Origin: the human T2T-CHM13v2.0 reference genome, Homo sapiens
Direction: 5' to 3' (one strand)
NCBI RefSeq assembly: GCF_009914755.1
Contig: NC_060938.1
Length of the DNA: 64,000 nucleotides
The notes below the pieces were generated by a model. It saw only the letters and a list, made by a program, of their open reading frames with translations. It ran no database searches and was not told the DNA's origin. Positions 63,744 through 64,000 of this stretch are shown in pieces (the first letter of the stretch is position 1; each line of letters opens with the position of its first letter). The position numbers were made by a program, and so were the translations under genes.

Positions 63744-64000
63744 TGAGTCGGCTTCCTGGCTGAGGTGGACGCCCAGACACCAGCACAGCTGCATGAGCTG
63801 AGACTCAGCCTGGCTGAATCCCTCAAGGGCAGCGGTTTCATGGGTACTCGTGTGCACCTGTGGAGCAGCCCTCCCGTGTGCACGTGTATGTGGCTCCCAG
63901 CAGGCAGACCTTGAACTCAGAGGAGCCAGCGCCTCCAGGGCGGCCCTTCCTCCCCTTCTCCCCTAGCCCTCATCCCGGGCCCAGCCCTCCCCACCGCCGA

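Overview
Human genomic DNA; the CEP170B coding sequence places it at the CEP170B locus (14q32.33 from memory). Positions 1-33 kb are intergenic and dominated by repeats: about 30 Alu copies, old L1M fragments, a 5'-truncated L1PA, MaLR/ERVL LTRs, processed RPS26 and RPS2 pseudogenes, an orphan CpG-rich island and two large tandem repeats. From about 34 kb to the end lie the CpG-island promoter and exons 1-16 of CEP170B on the + strand; the gene continues past the window end. I built the exon chain by hand and all splice phases close. I found no credible previously undescribed multi-gene system, and nearly all long entries in the ORF track are repeat or GC-content artefacts. The best observations are: (1) one gene using GT-AG, U12-type AT-AC and GC-AG introns; (2) an RPS2 retrocopy whose only frame disruption is an expanded G22 homopolymer; (3) several retro-insertions stacked on one target site, including a tail-less Alu fused to L1; (4) a 3.8 kb tandem repeat grown out of a short L1M motif; (5) a probable fossil hAT transposase; (6) a VNTR carrying repeated cryptic donors next to a weak splice site.
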